This document shows positions 37,182 through 48,192 of a stretch of 64,000 nucleotides of DNA, piece by piece. The DNA is from Candidatus Marinacidobacterales bacterium (GTDB lineage Bacteria > Acidobacteriota > Vicinamibacteria > Marinacidobacterales > SMYC01), in NCBI GenBank assembly GCA_965237955.1, contig OZ250169.1, forward strand, positions 3,712,001 through 3,776,000, written 5' to 3'. The position numbers and the translations under genes are program-made. Numbering within the stretch: the first letter of the stretch is position 1; the number at the start of each line of letters is the position of its first letter. The notes under the pieces were generated by a model. That model ran no database searches. It saw only the letters and a list, made by a program, of their open reading frames with translations, and had not been told where the DNA came from.

Positions 37182-37305
37182 TTTATTAACCTCGCTAAGT
37201 CTCAAATCGGCGCTCACTCCTCGTTCGCACCTTCCGCTCGCACGCTCGCTGCAGACGGCGGCGGGCCGAACTCGATGATCTATCAGTTCAACGCTGATGG
37301 CTCCT

Positions 37306-37339
37306 CGCGCAGGGTGCAGACGACTTTCTCAGCCTGCTA
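37306..37339 (-). repeat. REP/MITE-like terminus related to 14789-14825
   Basis: Reverse complement TAGCAGGCTGAGAAAGTCGTCTGCACCCTGCGCG. Confidence 0.55.
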
Positions 37340-37721
37340 AATACTATGCCCCGTGGACGACTTTTTTATTGTCTATGACTTTTTTTCTTTGTTACACAGC
37401 CTCGCGGTTGTCCGCAGAACGAAAGTTTCCTTGGTCGATGCCGGCTGTGGGCGATGAACGAATTCCGGGCAGCGGGTCTCAGGAGAGCCTGATAAATCAC
37501 GGGATGACATCAGTTCGAATCGGTGCTCGTCATCGATTGGTTAGCCCAGCCGGTCCAAATAGATAACCCACAGATCCTGCTGAGGCGGCCCAATACCGGC
37601 GCAATCTACCATGCTTGTCGAGAGAAATACAATTTTCTCGAACCATGGCACAGACAACGGGTTCGGCGAACGGTTCAACGCCTCGCCCCCGCTGGCCGAT
37701 GACTCTCGCTTGCAGCGCCAG

Positions 37722-38936
37722 TCAAACGGCGTTTTCGAGCAGCTTCAGCAATCGCTGGATGTCGGCGGGGTTGTTGAACATGGAGATGCTCACACGTATC
37801 ATCGAAGCGTTCTTCTCTCGGAAGGTGACCACGATGGCCTCTTCCTTCAGAAGACGTTTCAGATGCTCGGGGTCTTGTCCATGAACGAAGCTCATGATGG
37901 GTGACGGGTTGCCTTTGGGCGTCCAGATCTCGAGTCCCAACCTGGCGAGGCCCTCCCGGAGCTCTCGGGCCAGCGCCACGGTGTGCTCTTCGATTCTGGA
38001 AAGACCGACCTTGTTCAAGTAGCCGAGGGCGGCGGCGAGCTGGGCGACCGCACTGTAAGCGAGTGAGGCGTACTCGTACTTCTGCGCCGTGGTCCGGAGG
38101 CGGAAACGGTACTCGGGGAGCGTCTCCGCGACCTGGGAGTGGCCGTAGCGATCGGGCCTAATGCGATCGAGGTGCTCCTCGCGGATGAAGAGCGGCGCCA
38201 CGCCGAAGTTTGCGAAAAGCCACTTGAAGGCCCCGCTGGTGAGAAAGTCCACGCCCTGCTCGGTGAGGTTGGTGGGGAAGTGGCCGAGCGCCTGGACGGC
38301 GTCCGTGTAGAGGAGGGCACCTTTGGCGTGAGCGAGCTCCGCCAGGGCGCGGAGGTCGTGTCGATAGCCGTTGCGGTTCGACACCCAGGCCACGGAAACG
38401 AGCCGGGTCCTCTGGTCGATGCGCGCTTCGAAATCTTCGATCCGCGCCCGGCCCTCCTTCTGGGGAACGATGCGGAGCTCGATGCCCCGCTCCTTTTCGA
38501 GCTGCCGGTAGAGGACGAAGGTTGTAGTAAAGTGGAGCTCGTCCACAACGACGTTGTCGCCGGCTTGAAGATCGAGGCCGTGAGTGACGACGTTCTCTCC
38601 GTCGCTCGTCGAGTAGAGAAGAGCTACCTCCTCCGGCTTGGCGCCGAAGAGCTCAGCAAAGCTGGCGCGCGCCATCTCTTTGTTCTCCAATCGACGACGG
38701 CTATCCGCCCACAGCAACTTTTCGTCGGCGTACTCGACGGCCGCGTCTCTCACCACCGTCGGCATCGGGCCGATCCAGGCGGTGTTGAGAAACGTCTGGT
38801 TCCGGGTGACGGGAAAATCGGCGCGCACCCCGAGCGGATCTTCGGCGGGAGGGGCCGCCATACCGCGTACGGTCGGGAGCGAGGCCAGCCCGGCGGCGGT
38901 CGTCCTGAGGAAGCTACGGCGGTCCAGTAAGCTCAT
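37722..38936 (-). CDS. PLP-dependent aminotransferase class V fold protein with Tat signal
   Basis: DRRSFL Tat motif; R.DFP, FLNTA, DAVQ.LG and FKWL (PLP lysine); AAGGAG RBS. Confidence 0.88.
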   Translation of the reverse strand: MSLLDRRSFLRTTAAGLASLPTVRGMAAPPAEDPLGVRADFPVTRNQTFLNTAWIGPMPTVVRDAAVEYADEKLLWADSRRRLENKEMARASFAELFGAKPEEVALLYSTSDGENVVTHGLDLQAGDNVVVDELHFTTTFVLYRQLEKERGIELRIVPQKEGRARIEDFEARIDQRTRLVSVAWVSNRNGYRHDLRALAELAHAKGALLYTDAVQALGHFPTNLTEQGVDFLTSGAFKWLFANFGVAPLFIREEHLDRIRPDRYGHSQVAETLPEYRFRLRTTAQKYEYASLAYSAVAQLAAALGYLNKVGLSRIEEHTVALARELREGLARLGLEIWTPKGNPSPIMSFVHGQDPEHLKRLLKEEAIVVTFREKNASMIRVSISMFNNPADIQRLLKLLENAV

Positions 38937-39112
38937 GGGAATCTCTCCTTTCCGATCAGCGCCGTTGTTAGAGACGCCATTGCTTTGCGTTTTCGAATGG
39001 TTGGACCGAAGAGGGCGTAAGCGTAGGAGCTTCTCCTGGGAGAAGATGGCCGAAATCCCGCACCGTATCCACAATCCGCGGCGCCGGATCACGCGCCAGA
39101 ACGGCAGCGATG

Positions 39113-40681
39113 CTACGGCTCCTGCGTCGGCTCGCTCGCCGACCCGTTCGAGGCTTGGATAAACGCAGCCACGTCGCGCTTGAACTGCCGAAGAACCTCC
39201 GGACGTATGTACATCATGTGCCCGGCCTCGTAATAGCCCATGCTCACCCGCTCGCGGTACGTTGGCTCATACCCAAGGTGATCGAACGTCCACTCCGTGG
39301 CGGCAAATACCGTGGCCACATCGTAGTAGCCGTTCGCGACGAACACGCGCAGGAAGGGATTACGCGCCATCACGTAGCGGAGGGAATCAGTTAGATTGAG
39401 GTAGCGGCCCTGAGGGTATTCCCACTTGCGCCCGAAGTCATACGAGCGGTATTGAAGGTCCGTCTCCCACTTCAGCTCGCGCCGCACGTAGTCGTTGAAC
39501 ATCGCCGTGAAGGCGCCACCCACTGCCGTGTCCGAGGGATCGAACTCTTGCTCCTCGCCGGCCGCGTCGGCGTCGATGCCAGTGAACCGGCTGTCGAGAC
39601 GCCCGACCATCAAGCGTCGATCACGCAGCAGCTCTTTGCGGAATCGTTTTGGGTTGACCCTCAGGTTAGCGTGTGCGATGTACTGGGGCGACAGGCCGGT
39701 GTAGCGCGCCACCTTCTCCGCCATGGCCTCGTTCTCCTCGCGGCTCAGCCGATTCCCTTTGGTGAGCGCGAGCAGGTATTCGCCGAATGCGAAAGCACGG
39801 GCTTTGGCAACAACTTCCTCGAGCTCGCCCTGGAGGTCTGCCGGCAGCTTCTTGTGATACCAGGCAGTCGCCGTGTAGGTGGGCAGGAAGAAGACGTAAT
39901 GCATGTCGTTGGCGGGTGCCTCCCTAAGCGTCATGAAGTCGAGGACCGAGGACACCAGGACGATGCCATTGAGCTCGATTTTTAGGCGCGCTTGCAAATC
40001 GGCGGCGACCCCCGCGGATCGCACCGTTCCATAGCTCTCGCCAAGGAGGTACTTCGGTGACGCCCAGCGGTCGAACCGGGTGATGTAGAGCTGGATGAAC
40101 TCGGAGAAGAACTCGATGTCCTGGTGGACGCCGTAGAACTGTTTTAGGTCCTCGCCTTCGGCCGCCCGGGTGAAGCCGGTCGCGACCGGGTCAATCGCCA
40201 CCAGATCCGTGACATCGAGCAGCGAGTCCCCGTTGTCCACCAGACGGTACGGCGGCGCCGGCTGGAAACCTTCGCTCGCCATTGGCACCCGCCGTGGCCC
40301 GAGCGCCCCCATATGGAGCCAGATGCTAGCCGAGCCCGGGCCGCCGTTGTAAAAGAAGGTGATCGGCCGGGCGCCCCGGTCCGTCTGGCCATCGCGAACG
40401 TAGGCGACGAAGAAGACGTTCGCTCTCGGCTTGCCGTCCGGGTGGCGCAGAACGAGCGTGCCTGCCGTCGCCGTGTAGGGAACCTCGGCGCCGCCGATAC
40501 GCACGCTGTGGGACGTGGTGGAGAGCTTGTCCTCCGCGACGACTGCCGCTTCGGATTCCGAGGACTCGCTCGTCGTAGCGTCGGGTGTCGGCTGCTGTGC
40601 TCGCGCCGGTTCGAGTGTCACCGCCCAGAGAAATGAGACCATTGCCAGGAGAACGAGGTTTTCAGGCCTTCGTGCGCGCAT
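39113..40681 (-). CDS. Serine carboxypeptidase, S10 family, secreted
   Basis: NGGPGS, GESYG, GYYD and AGHMMY motifs; signal peptide. Confidence 0.92.
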   Translation of the reverse strand: MRARRPENLVLLAMVSFLWAVTLEPARAQQPTPDATTSESSESEAAVVAEDKLSTTSHSVRIGGAEVPYTATAGTLVLRHPDGKPRANVFFVAYVRDGQTDRGARPITFFYNGGPGSASIWLHMGALGPRRVPMASEGFQPAPPYRLVDNGDSLLDVTDLVAIDPVATGFTRAAEGEDLKQFYGVHQDIEFFSEFIQLYITRFDRWASPKYLLGESYGTVRSAGVAADLQARLKIELNGIVLVSSVLDFMTLREAPANDMHYVFFLPTYTATAWYHKKLPADLQGELEEVVAKARAFAFGEYLLALTKGNRLSREENEAMAEKVARYTGLSPQYIAHANLRVNPKRFRKELLRDRRLMVGRLDSRFTGIDADAAGEEQEFDPSDTAVGGAFTAMFNDYVRRELKWETDLQYRSYDFGRKWEYPQGRYLNLTDSLRYVMARNPFLRVFVANGYYDVATVFAATEWTFDHLGYEPTYRERVSMGYYEAGHMMYIRPEVLRQFKRDVAAFIQASNGSASEPTQEP

Positions 40682-41125
40682 CGAAATACCTCCAGACGTG
40701 GATGTGAGCGGGGACTATACCATGATGGGTTCTTCGAGACGAACCATCGCTTTCAGCGGGCTCGATGGTAGTTTTCGCTCTGTCTGAAACGTCGTTCTCA
40801 AGATCGGAGCCAGACACAACATTCAGGTTACTCCCATGTCTCCACGACAAGAGCAGGTCGATGCGCTCCTGGGAAATCAGACCACGTTCTCGGAGAAGGC
40901 GGAGGAGCTTTTAACGGAAAAGGAGCTCGGCTTGATGAGGATCGACGTAGGGAATAGGAAGCCACTCGCCGTCGGGTTTCCAAACGCCTCTGGAGACGAT
41001 GGAATGGATATTGTGGGTCCATTGACACACAAGAGCGGGTGTCGCTATAGTCGGCTTCCGCTCGTATTCGGGAGCACGCGGAACGACAAAGTGTCGTTGG
41101 GGGGGGCTCTACGGCAACAAACTAC

Positions 41126-41498
41126 ATGCGCAGCACGAACCGAAGGGTGGCCGTGTCGCTCTTGCTCACCTGTTTCTGGTGCGTATTCACGGCGGACGGC
41201 CAATCTCAGTCTCGCGAGGACGGAAACGGCGCCGTGCCTGCTCAGTACGACATTGAACCACCCGGTATCGATCCCGCTCTTTTTTTCGGCACGGCGAATG
41301 CGGACTCCGCTCAATATCGATTGGGCCCCGAAGACGTGCTGGAGATCTCCGTGTTCGACATGGAGCAGTTCAACCGCACGGTTCGAGTCTCGGGAGCGGG
41401 CACCATCGATCTCCCGTTGGTGGGATTGATCGACGTACAAGGCCTGATTCCGGAGCGAGCTGCTGCCCGCGTCGCCGAAAGGCTACGCGACGATTTCG
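41126..41498 (+). pseudogene. Polysaccharide export (Wza/Poly_export domain) protein truncated by IS5
   Basis: YRLGPEDVLEISVF...G.IDLPLVG motif; reading frame runs into the IS IR at 41499. Confidence 0.8.
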
Positions 41499-42585
41499 TG
41501 CCTTGGTGCACAACTCGCGATCTCGGTCCACAATTGTCCTTTACTCACGGATTCGAGGTTCCCCATGAGCATTTTCAAACGCACTCAGCGGAAGTATGTG
41601 AAGAAGGCCTATCGCGTGAGGAATTGGCGTGAATATGAGGCGGGTCTACGCAACCGTGGGAGCCTGACCGTCTGGATCTCGCTCACCGCCGGCAAGCTTG
41701 TGAACTGGGACGCACCCCGGCCGAGGAGGAGGAAACCGGGCCGTCAACGCAAGTACTCGAACCACGCCATCGAGACGGCTGTCACCCTGGGCATGGTGTT
41801 TCATCTGTCATCTAGGCAGAGCGAGGGATTGCTGCGATCGTTGTTCGCTCTGATGAAGCTAGACAATGATGTGCCCGATCACACCACGATCTCGAGGCGT
41901 AAGGCGAAGCTGGGTAAGGTCCCCTTCTACCAAGACAAGCAGAAGACGCCGTTGCACATCTTGATCGACAGCAGCGGTCTCGCTGTCCACGCCGGCCAGC
42001 TGCGCAGAGCACCAAAGAGCAGGGACTATCGCAAGCTCCATCTGTGTGTCGACGAGCAGAGTGGCGAAGTCGTCGCCGGCGAGCTGACGAGCAAAAGAGC
42101 CCGCGATTCATCGCGGGTTGCATCGCTTGTCGGACAGATCGACAGTCCCATCTCATCGGCCAGAGCTGACACCGCATACGACGCCGGCGGCGTCTATGAG
42201 GCAATCGAGAATCACAGCGCTCATTGCTCGCCGAGGGTGCTGATACCGCCGCGCAAGGGCGCCCAGCTCGCATCGGGGCCGGCGAGCAGCCGACAGCGCA
42301 ATCGCAACATTGCAGCACAAGCTCGGCTCGGCAAACGAAAGTGGCACACAGAATCGGGCTACAGCAAACGGAGCAAAGTCGAGACAACGTTCCATCGCTA
42401 CAAGGCTATCGTGGGCTCAGCGATGCGAGCGAGAGGGTTGGCGGCACAGAGAGTCGAGGCAAGGATCGGGTGCAAGATTCTCAACACCATGACGGCGCTC
42501 GGGATGCCTGATAGCGAGATGATCGGATGATGGGAGTCGGGGCCAAGCGAGCTATCGGCCTCTATCGGAGTTGTGCACCAAGGCA
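41499..42585 (+). mobile_element. IS5-family (IS903-like) element, copy 1
   Basis: Perfect 18-bp IR TGCCTTGGTGCACAACTC; no matching target duplication. Confidence 0.92.
41565..42530 (+). CDS. IS5-family transposase
   Basis: NW.EY..GL..RGSLT.W, PDHTTISRR, IDSSG, D.AYD and GY..RS.VET motifs. Confidence 0.93.
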   Translation: MSIFKRTQRKYVKKAYRVRNWREYEAGLRNRGSLTVWISLTAGKLVNWDAPRPRRRKPGRQRKYSNHAIETAVTLGMVFHLSSRQSEGLLRSLFALMKLDNDVPDHTTISRRKAKLGKVPFYQDKQKTPLHILIDSSGLAVHAGQLRRAPKSRDYRKLHLCVDEQSGEVVAGELTSKRARDSSRVASLVGQIDSPISSARADTAYDAGGVYEAIENHSAHCSPRVLIPPRKGAQLASGPASSRQRNRNIAAQARLGKRKWHTESGYSKRSKVETTFHRYKAIVGSAMRARGLAAQRVEARIGCKILNTMTALGMPDSEMIG

Positions 42586-43703
42586 CTCAATCGCTGCTGG
42601 CGGAGCTTTTCCTCGCTCGATGCCAAGTAGTGGAGCGACATGGTGTGGACGGGCACTTCATCGAGCACTTGGCTCATCTTCAGGACGCAGTCTTCGTACG
42701 CGCCTTTGTTGAAGGACTCGATGCCCTGCTGGTAGACCTCTTCCAGAAGGTCTGCTTGAGCCGCCACGTTGGACCACTGCGAGACGCGAGGCTCGACCGA
42801 CATGGCCACGCTGTCGCCCCGATCTTTGGTCACGACGACGTCCTGCTCGTCGAGCTCGGGCACTTTCAACGGGATATTGGCGCTCGCGACCGCACCCGCG
42901 AGGGCTGCCCTGAGCTCGATCAGCGACTGGAAGCGCTCACCCATTTGTTTGGCGAGGGCTTTGACGACGATGGCCTCGACCTCGGCCGGCAGGACTAACT
43001 CATCGCTGAGCTTTCCCGGATCGTCGGAGACGATCTTGAAGACCGAGGCTGCCAGAGTGTCCGCGCGGAATGGATTGCGTCCCGTCAGAAGCTCATAGGA
43101 GACCACGCCCAGGGAGAAAATGTCCGCCTGGGTTGTGACCACCTGTCCGCGCATCTGCTCCGGTGCCATGTACTCGACGGTTCCGAAGACGGTGCCCGCC
43201 TTGGTGAGCTCGCCTTCGCCAACTTTGGCGACGCCGAAATCGAGCACTTTGACGACACCGCTTCGAAGGACGAAGACGTTCGAGGGCTTCAAATCGCGAT
43301 GGACGATCTTGTGCGCGTGCGCCTCGGAAAGGCCGGACGCGATCTGATCCACGATGGAGAGTTTTTGCCCGAGAGTCAGTTTCTTTTTCCGCCTCAGGAT
43401 CGACGACAGCGGCGCTCCCTCGAGAAGCTCCATCACCAGATAGGCGGTGTCGCCTTCCTCGAACAGCTCGTGAACGGTGATGATGTTCGGGTGCTGGAGC
43501 TGTCCTGCCGCTTGGGCCTCGCGGAGGAAGCGCAGGCGCAACTCGGCCTCGTGCGGCGAATCGGCCATGGACATGGTCTTGATCGCCACCAGCCGTCCGA
43601 GCCCGGGATCGACGGCGCTGTACACGACTCCCATCGCGCCGCGCCCCACTAGGCCGCGCACCTCGTACTTCCCGACCTTGTCGGGAATATCGTTCTTGGA
43701 CAT
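42586..43703 (-). pseudogene. Hanks-type Ser/Thr protein kinase, C-terminus cut by IS5
   Basis: GRGAMG, VAIK, HRDLKPSN, DFG and APE motifs intact; TPR-like helical tail runs into the IS IR. Confidence 0.82.
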
Positions 43704-43881
43704 ACAAATCGCCCGGAGGAGTTGGTCGTGGTGTCTGATTTTCGGGTGTGGTTCTATGGTCTCACCCAGCCCCGAAGAATGCCACCAGCCCCCCTGCCCC
43801 ACGGGCACGGCCAAGGGCGGGGGAAGAATGCTGTTGGCCCCTTGCTTAGTTGCGACGGTTGGGCTACAACCTCGGGGTCCA

Positions 43882-45213
43882 ATGCGCATTTTCATTGTCG
43901 GCGCGGGCGAGGTGGGCTTCCACATCGCGAGCTCTCTTGCACGCGAGGGGCACGATCTCGTCGTCATCGAGGCCGACGCGGCGCAGGCGAAGAAGATTCA
44001 AACCGAGCTCGACGTCATGGGCATTCATGGCGATGGCTGTCAGCCGGAGCTCTTGAAAGAGTACGGCGTCGAGAACGCCGACCTCTTCTTCAGCGTTTCT
44101 GACGGTGACGCGGTGAACCTGCTCGCGGCGCTGACCGCTCGAGCTCTCGGGGCCAAACAGTGCGTTGCTCGCCTCGGGAACCCACAATACGGGGAGAATC
44201 CGCTTCTGCAAGCCGATCCCAATATTATCCCGCTCCATCCCGAACGGCTCGTCGCCGAAGAGATTCTCGGCTTGACGCGGGTCCCTGGCGTCAGCAAGGC
44301 GCATTTCTTCGAGGATGGAAAGCTTCTCTTGTTGCGCGCGCGACCGTCTCGTGACGCGGACATTTACCGCCGTCCGCTCAGAGAGCTATCGGGGCCCGAC
44401 GGCTGGATTCTCGTGGGCGTCGAGCGGGGCGGCAAGCTCACCATCCCAAAAGGTGACACCGAGCTGAAGCCAGGTCATCGGGTGTATGCCGTAGGGCGGA
44501 CGGAGACGGTGCGCGAGTTTCTCCGGGCGCTAGGAATCGAGGCGTCGCCCGTTCACAAAGTCGTCATCGCCGGCGCTGGACACGTCGGTAGCTGGCTCGC
44601 GAAAAAGCTCGTCGAGGACAACGTGCACGTCACGGTGATCCAACGACAAGCGCAAAAAGCGCTCGCGCTCGCCACTGAAGTTCCCGAGGCGCTGGTCCTG
44701 CATGGTGATGCGACCGACACGGGGATCTTGAAGGAGGCGGGCGCTGCCGACGCCGACTACTTCGTCGCCGCCACCCAGGACGATGAAAGCAACGTGATCA
44801 GCTCCTACCTTGCCCACGAGGCTGGCGCGCGCATCGTGGTGAGCCTCTACCAGCGGCCTGAGTTTCTGAACGTACTCCGGGCCGCGCGCGTCGATATCGG
44901 CCTCTCGCCCCGTCTCATCACCGCTGGCACCATCCTCCGTATGGTCCACCGGCGCGAAATCTTGAGCCTCGACCTGGTCGCGAGTGGTGAAGCCGAAGTC
45001 GTCGAGTTCCAAGTGCCGGACAGCTCGCGTGTTCTCAAAGCGCCGCTCCGGAAAATGAAGCTCCCGAAAGACAGCATCATCGGCGCGGTCATTCGTGGCG
45101 AGGAGCGCTACGTACCCGACGGCGATTTCACGTTCCAAGTCGGGGATCGCGCGCTCGTGTTCAGCTTGACCGAAGCCCTGCCCGCGCTCGAGAAGTTGTT
45201 CCGCGCTCGGTAA
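43882..45213 (+). CDS. trkA: Trk potassium uptake NAD-binding subunit
   Basis: Two RCK_N/RCK_C pairs (GAGEVG, GAGHVG); adjacent to trkH. Confidence 0.92.
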   Translation: MRIFIVGAGEVGFHIASSLAREGHDLVVIEADAAQAKKIQTELDVMGIHGDGCQPELLKEYGVENADLFFSVSDGDAVNLLAALTARALGAKQCVARLGNPQYGENPLLQADPNIIPLHPERLVAEEILGLTRVPGVSKAHFFEDGKLLLLRARPSRDADIYRRPLRELSGPDGWILVGVERGGKLTIPKGDTELKPGHRVYAVGRTETVREFLRALGIEASPVHKVVIAGAGHVGSWLAKKLVEDNVHVTVIQRQAQKALALATEVPEALVLHGDATDTGILKEAGAADADYFVAATQDDESNVISSYLAHEAGARIVVSLYQRPEFLNVLRAARVDIGLSPRLITAGTILRMVHRREILSLDLVASGEAEVVEFQVPDSSRVLKAPLRKMKLPKDSIIGAVIRGEERYVPDGDFTFQVGDRALVFSLTEALPALEKLFRAR

Positions 45214-45221
45214 TACCAGCG

Positions 45222-46748
45222 ATGTCCGAAGCTAAACGACTGGCCGGCCGGTTGCGCATCAACGTCAATATCGGAAGCGTTCTCTTTCTTCTCGGCCGCC
45301 TGCTGCTCGCGCTCGCGTTGGCACTCCTCGTCCCCGCGCTCGTGGCGCACTATCTCGAAGAAGACGCGCGTTGGGCATTCTATGCGGCCGCCGGCTTCGC
45401 CGCCGCGCTCGGCCTGTTTCTGGAGAGGTATTTCCACCAGGGGGAAGAGTTCGCCTTCGGCCGGCGCGAAGCGTTTCTGCTCGTCAGCTCCGCGTGGCTT
45501 CTGGCGACGGCGGTCGGCGCGATGCCGTACGTGCTGGAGAATGGCATCGCGTTCACCGTGGATGCGCTGTTCGAGTCTGCATCGGGGTTCACCACGACCG
45601 GTGCGTCCATCTTCGCCGATGTGGAGGTCCTCCCGCGCTCGGTCCTGCTGTGGCGAGCGTTGACCCAGTGGATTGGTGGCATGGGCATCATCGTGCTCGG
45701 GATTGCCGTGCTCCCGAAACTCGCAATAGGGGGGATGGAGCTTCTCAGCGCCGAGGCACCCGGGCCCATCCAGGAGAAGCTCACGCCCCGCATCGCTCAG
45801 ACGGCGAAAGCTCTTTGGGGCATCTACGTGTTGTTGACGCTCCTCGAGATAGGAGTCTTATTGGTTCTCGGGCTCGGCCTTCTCGATGCTGTGGCACATG
45901 CGTTCGCATCGATGGCGACGGGCGGGTTCTCCACGAGAAACGGCAGTATCAGCGCGTTCGAGAGCGCGGCGGTCGAGTGGACGGTCACGCTGTTCATGGT
46001 TCTCGCGGGCGCGAGTTTTGCGGTCCACTACCAGTGGCTGCGCGGAAGATTCTCGGTGTTGAAAAAGGATTCCGAGCTTCACCTGTACGTCGGGATTCTC
46101 GCGGCGGGAACTTTCGTGATCGTCTTGGATCTGATGTTCGGGCAGGTCACGAGCTCGTTCTTCGAAGCACTGCGACTCGCAGCGTTTCAAGTGGTGACGA
46201 TCGTAACGACCGCGGGCTTCGTGACCGCGGATTACGAGGCGTGGCCACAGGTCTCTCGGGTGCTCCTCTTCGTTCTCATGTTCACCGGCGGCTGCGCCGG
46301 CTCGACCGGTGGCTCGGTCAAAATCGTTCGCTTGCTGATCATCTTCAAGAAGATCGCGGTCGATTTGAAGCGGATGCTCCAGCCGCACGCCGTCTTGCCG
46401 GTGCGCTTGGGCTCGCGGAGCGTACCCGATGACGTCGTCTCCTCGGTGACGACTTTTTTCGTTCTGTTCTTGCTGCTGTTTGCGCTCGGCGGGATCGCGC
46501 TCACCATCTTCGGTGTCGATCCGGTCTCGGCGTTCTCGGCGTCGGCTGCTTGTCTCGGTAACATCGGCCCCGGTTTCGGCGCCGTCGGACCGACGATGAA
46601 CTACGCGGGCCTACCCGCGGCCGCGAAAGTGCTCCTCGCAGTATTGATGGTCGTCGGCCGTCTCGAGCTCTACACGGTGATGTTTATTTTGTTTGCCTCT
46701 CCTGCCATTTCAGTGGATCCTCTCGAGGGTGAGACCGCCACAGTTTAG
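45222..46748 (+). CDS. trkH: Trk potassium uptake membrane subunit; last residues replaced by ISL3 sequence
   Basis: SGFTTTG, ATGGFS, GGCAGSTGG, GNIGPG and GRLE motifs; original tail FRRVA* found at 49814-49831. Confidence 0.92.
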   Translation: MSEAKRLAGRLRINVNIGSVLFLLGRLLLALALALLVPALVAHYLEEDARWAFYAAAGFAAALGLFLERYFHQGEEFAFGRREAFLLVSSAWLLATAVGAMPYVLENGIAFTVDALFESASGFTTTGASIFADVEVLPRSVLLWRALTQWIGGMGIIVLGIAVLPKLAIGGMELLSAEAPGPIQEKLTPRIAQTAKALWGIYVLLTLLEIGVLLVLGLGLLDAVAHAFASMATGGFSTRNGSISAFESAAVEWTVTLFMVLAGASFAVHYQWLRGRFSVLKKDSELHLYVGILAAGTFVIVLDLMFGQVTSSFFEALRLAAFQVVTIVTTAGFVTADYEAWPQVSRVLLFVLMFTGGCAGSTGGSVKIVRLLIIFKKIAVDLKRMLQPHAVLPVRLGSRSVPDDVVSSVTTFFVLFLLLFALGGIALTIFGVDPVSAFSASAACLGNIGPGFGAVGPTMNYAGLPAAAKVLLAVLMVVGRLELYTVMFILFASPAISVDPLEGETATV

Positions 46749-47930
46749 GTAGACGAGACTGATGAGAGCTTCGGCAGAGTGGAGTCCAAAGCTGCGGTGG
46801 CTCAGCAGCCGGGTTTTGTTGTTCATTCCTTCGAGTCGGCCGTTGCTGAGTCTCCACGTGACCCACGCGATGACGCCATCGAAGTGGCTGCGGATCATCT
46901 TCGCCGCGCGTTTGACGGGCTCTATCCTCGAGCTCATAGCGCGCCGCAGCCATCCTCGGAGAAACTTCTTGGCCCATGTCTCGGTTTTGTAGGTGTAGAG
47001 GTCCATGAAGTCGTCGCGCAGAAGCATGGCGCGGTAGAGGCGACGATTAGCTCGCACCTGCTCGCGGAGCACCCGTTTGTCTTTCGCGCTGCGGTTGTGT
47101 TTGGCCTTGAGAAGGGGAAACTTGGTGTTCTTGAGGTTGCGCCGGGCAGTCCCTTTGAGCTCGCGCACCAGCTCGCGCCGGGTCTTATCCACGGCCTCGT
47201 TCAGATGCTTGACGATGTGGAAGCGGTCAAAGATCACCCGTGCCTGAGGAGCCTTTTTGCCGACGACAGTTATGTACGGCTCCCACATGTCCATGCTGAC
47301 CGCTTCGAGCTCCGCGGCTCTTTGTGGTCCGAGCTTGCGGAAAAACCGCAGCAGCGTCTTGGCCTTGCGCTCCTTTCCCGCCCAGACGACCCGGCCGCTG
47401 AGATGGTCTATTACCACTGTTAAGTACTTGTGGCGTTTGCGGTAGCTGATCTCGTCCATCCCAATCACCCGCAATCCATCGAGCTCGCGCCGCTCATCCC
47501 GCTGCTCGGCAACCACTCGCTGGATGATCCGTCGCACCGAACGCCACGTCACTCGGAAATAGTTCGCTACGGCGCTGACGTCCGTCCTCTGTGCCAGCCA
47601 CGCTACCTCTTGTTCGAAGCTTTTGGTAAAGCGGCTTCCCTTGTCTGCCCAAGGCACCTTTTCTCTGACCACTCCACACCGCCGACATACCACTCGTCGG
47701 ATCGAGTAGCGAAGATAGGTCCGGACTCCGAACAGGTCCAAGTGCCGCCAGTAGCGATTGTAGCGATCTTTGTTCTTGCGGACCTTTCGTCCGCAAATCC
47801 CGCACAGAGGCTTCCTCCTCCGTGGTACTACATCCACCACCACTCTGTCTTTGTCCGCCTGGAAGTGGAAACCTCGGACCCACAGGCCTTGCAATCCGAT
47901 GAGCTTGTTGACTAACGTAGTAACGCGCAT
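46710..47930 (-). CDS. ISL3 transposase (outer)
   Basis: CxxC..CxxC zinc finger, GMDE, SMDM, DRFH and EG.NNK motifs. Confidence 0.92.
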   Translation of the reverse strand: MRVTTLVNKLIGLQGLWVRGFHFQADKDRVVVDVVPRRRKPLCGICGRKVRKNKDRYNRYWRHLDLFGVRTYLRYSIRRVVCRRCGVVREKVPWADKGSRFTKSFEQEVAWLAQRTDVSAVANYFRVTWRSVRRIIQRVVAEQRDERRELDGLRVIGMDEISYRKRHKYLTVVIDHLSGRVVWAGKERKAKTLLRFFRKLGPQRAAELEAVSMDMWEPYITVVGKKAPQARVIFDRFHIVKHLNEAVDKTRRELVRELKGTARRNLKNTKFPLLKAKHNRSAKDKRVLREQVRANRRLYRAMLLRDDFMDLYTYKTETWAKKFLRGWLRRAMSSRIEPVKRAAKMIRSHFDGVIAWVTWRLSNGRLEGMNNKTRLLSHRSFGLHSAEALISLVYLNCGGLTLERIH

Positions 47931-48192
47931 CGCGGGAACGCTCTTTTCTCTTTCGGAAAAAAAGATTCTAGCGTTCTCGCCGATGCGCATCTACACATGG
48001 CTTACCCTCTCAACCCACGGGCCTCACCAAATGCCACTGCCCCTCAGCGGGAGACAAGGCTGTGGGAAACGCCCCCACGGTTCTGGTCGTTCAGACCTTG
48101 CTCACGACTGAGTTCTCTTCGAAGCCTGGAAGGGCGTTTTCCATAGCCTCCACTAATCGAGCCCCCCCTTCCTTATTCCATATGAATTAATC

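Noticed and set aside
40829-41012. Possible remnant of a mobile-element-associated ORF
   Set aside because: Only a vague resemblance; no ends, repeats or catalytic motifs I can support without a search
43704-43881. c-di-AMP riboswitch upstream of trkA
   Set aside because: No ydaO consensus seen; a promoter-like TTGCTT-N17-TACAAC lies just 11 bp from the ATG, leaving no room
43477-43881. N-terminal extensions of TrkA, the kinase, GGT and others as given in the ORF track
   Set aside because: They overlap neighbouring genes; downstream starts fit RBS positions and family N-termini better
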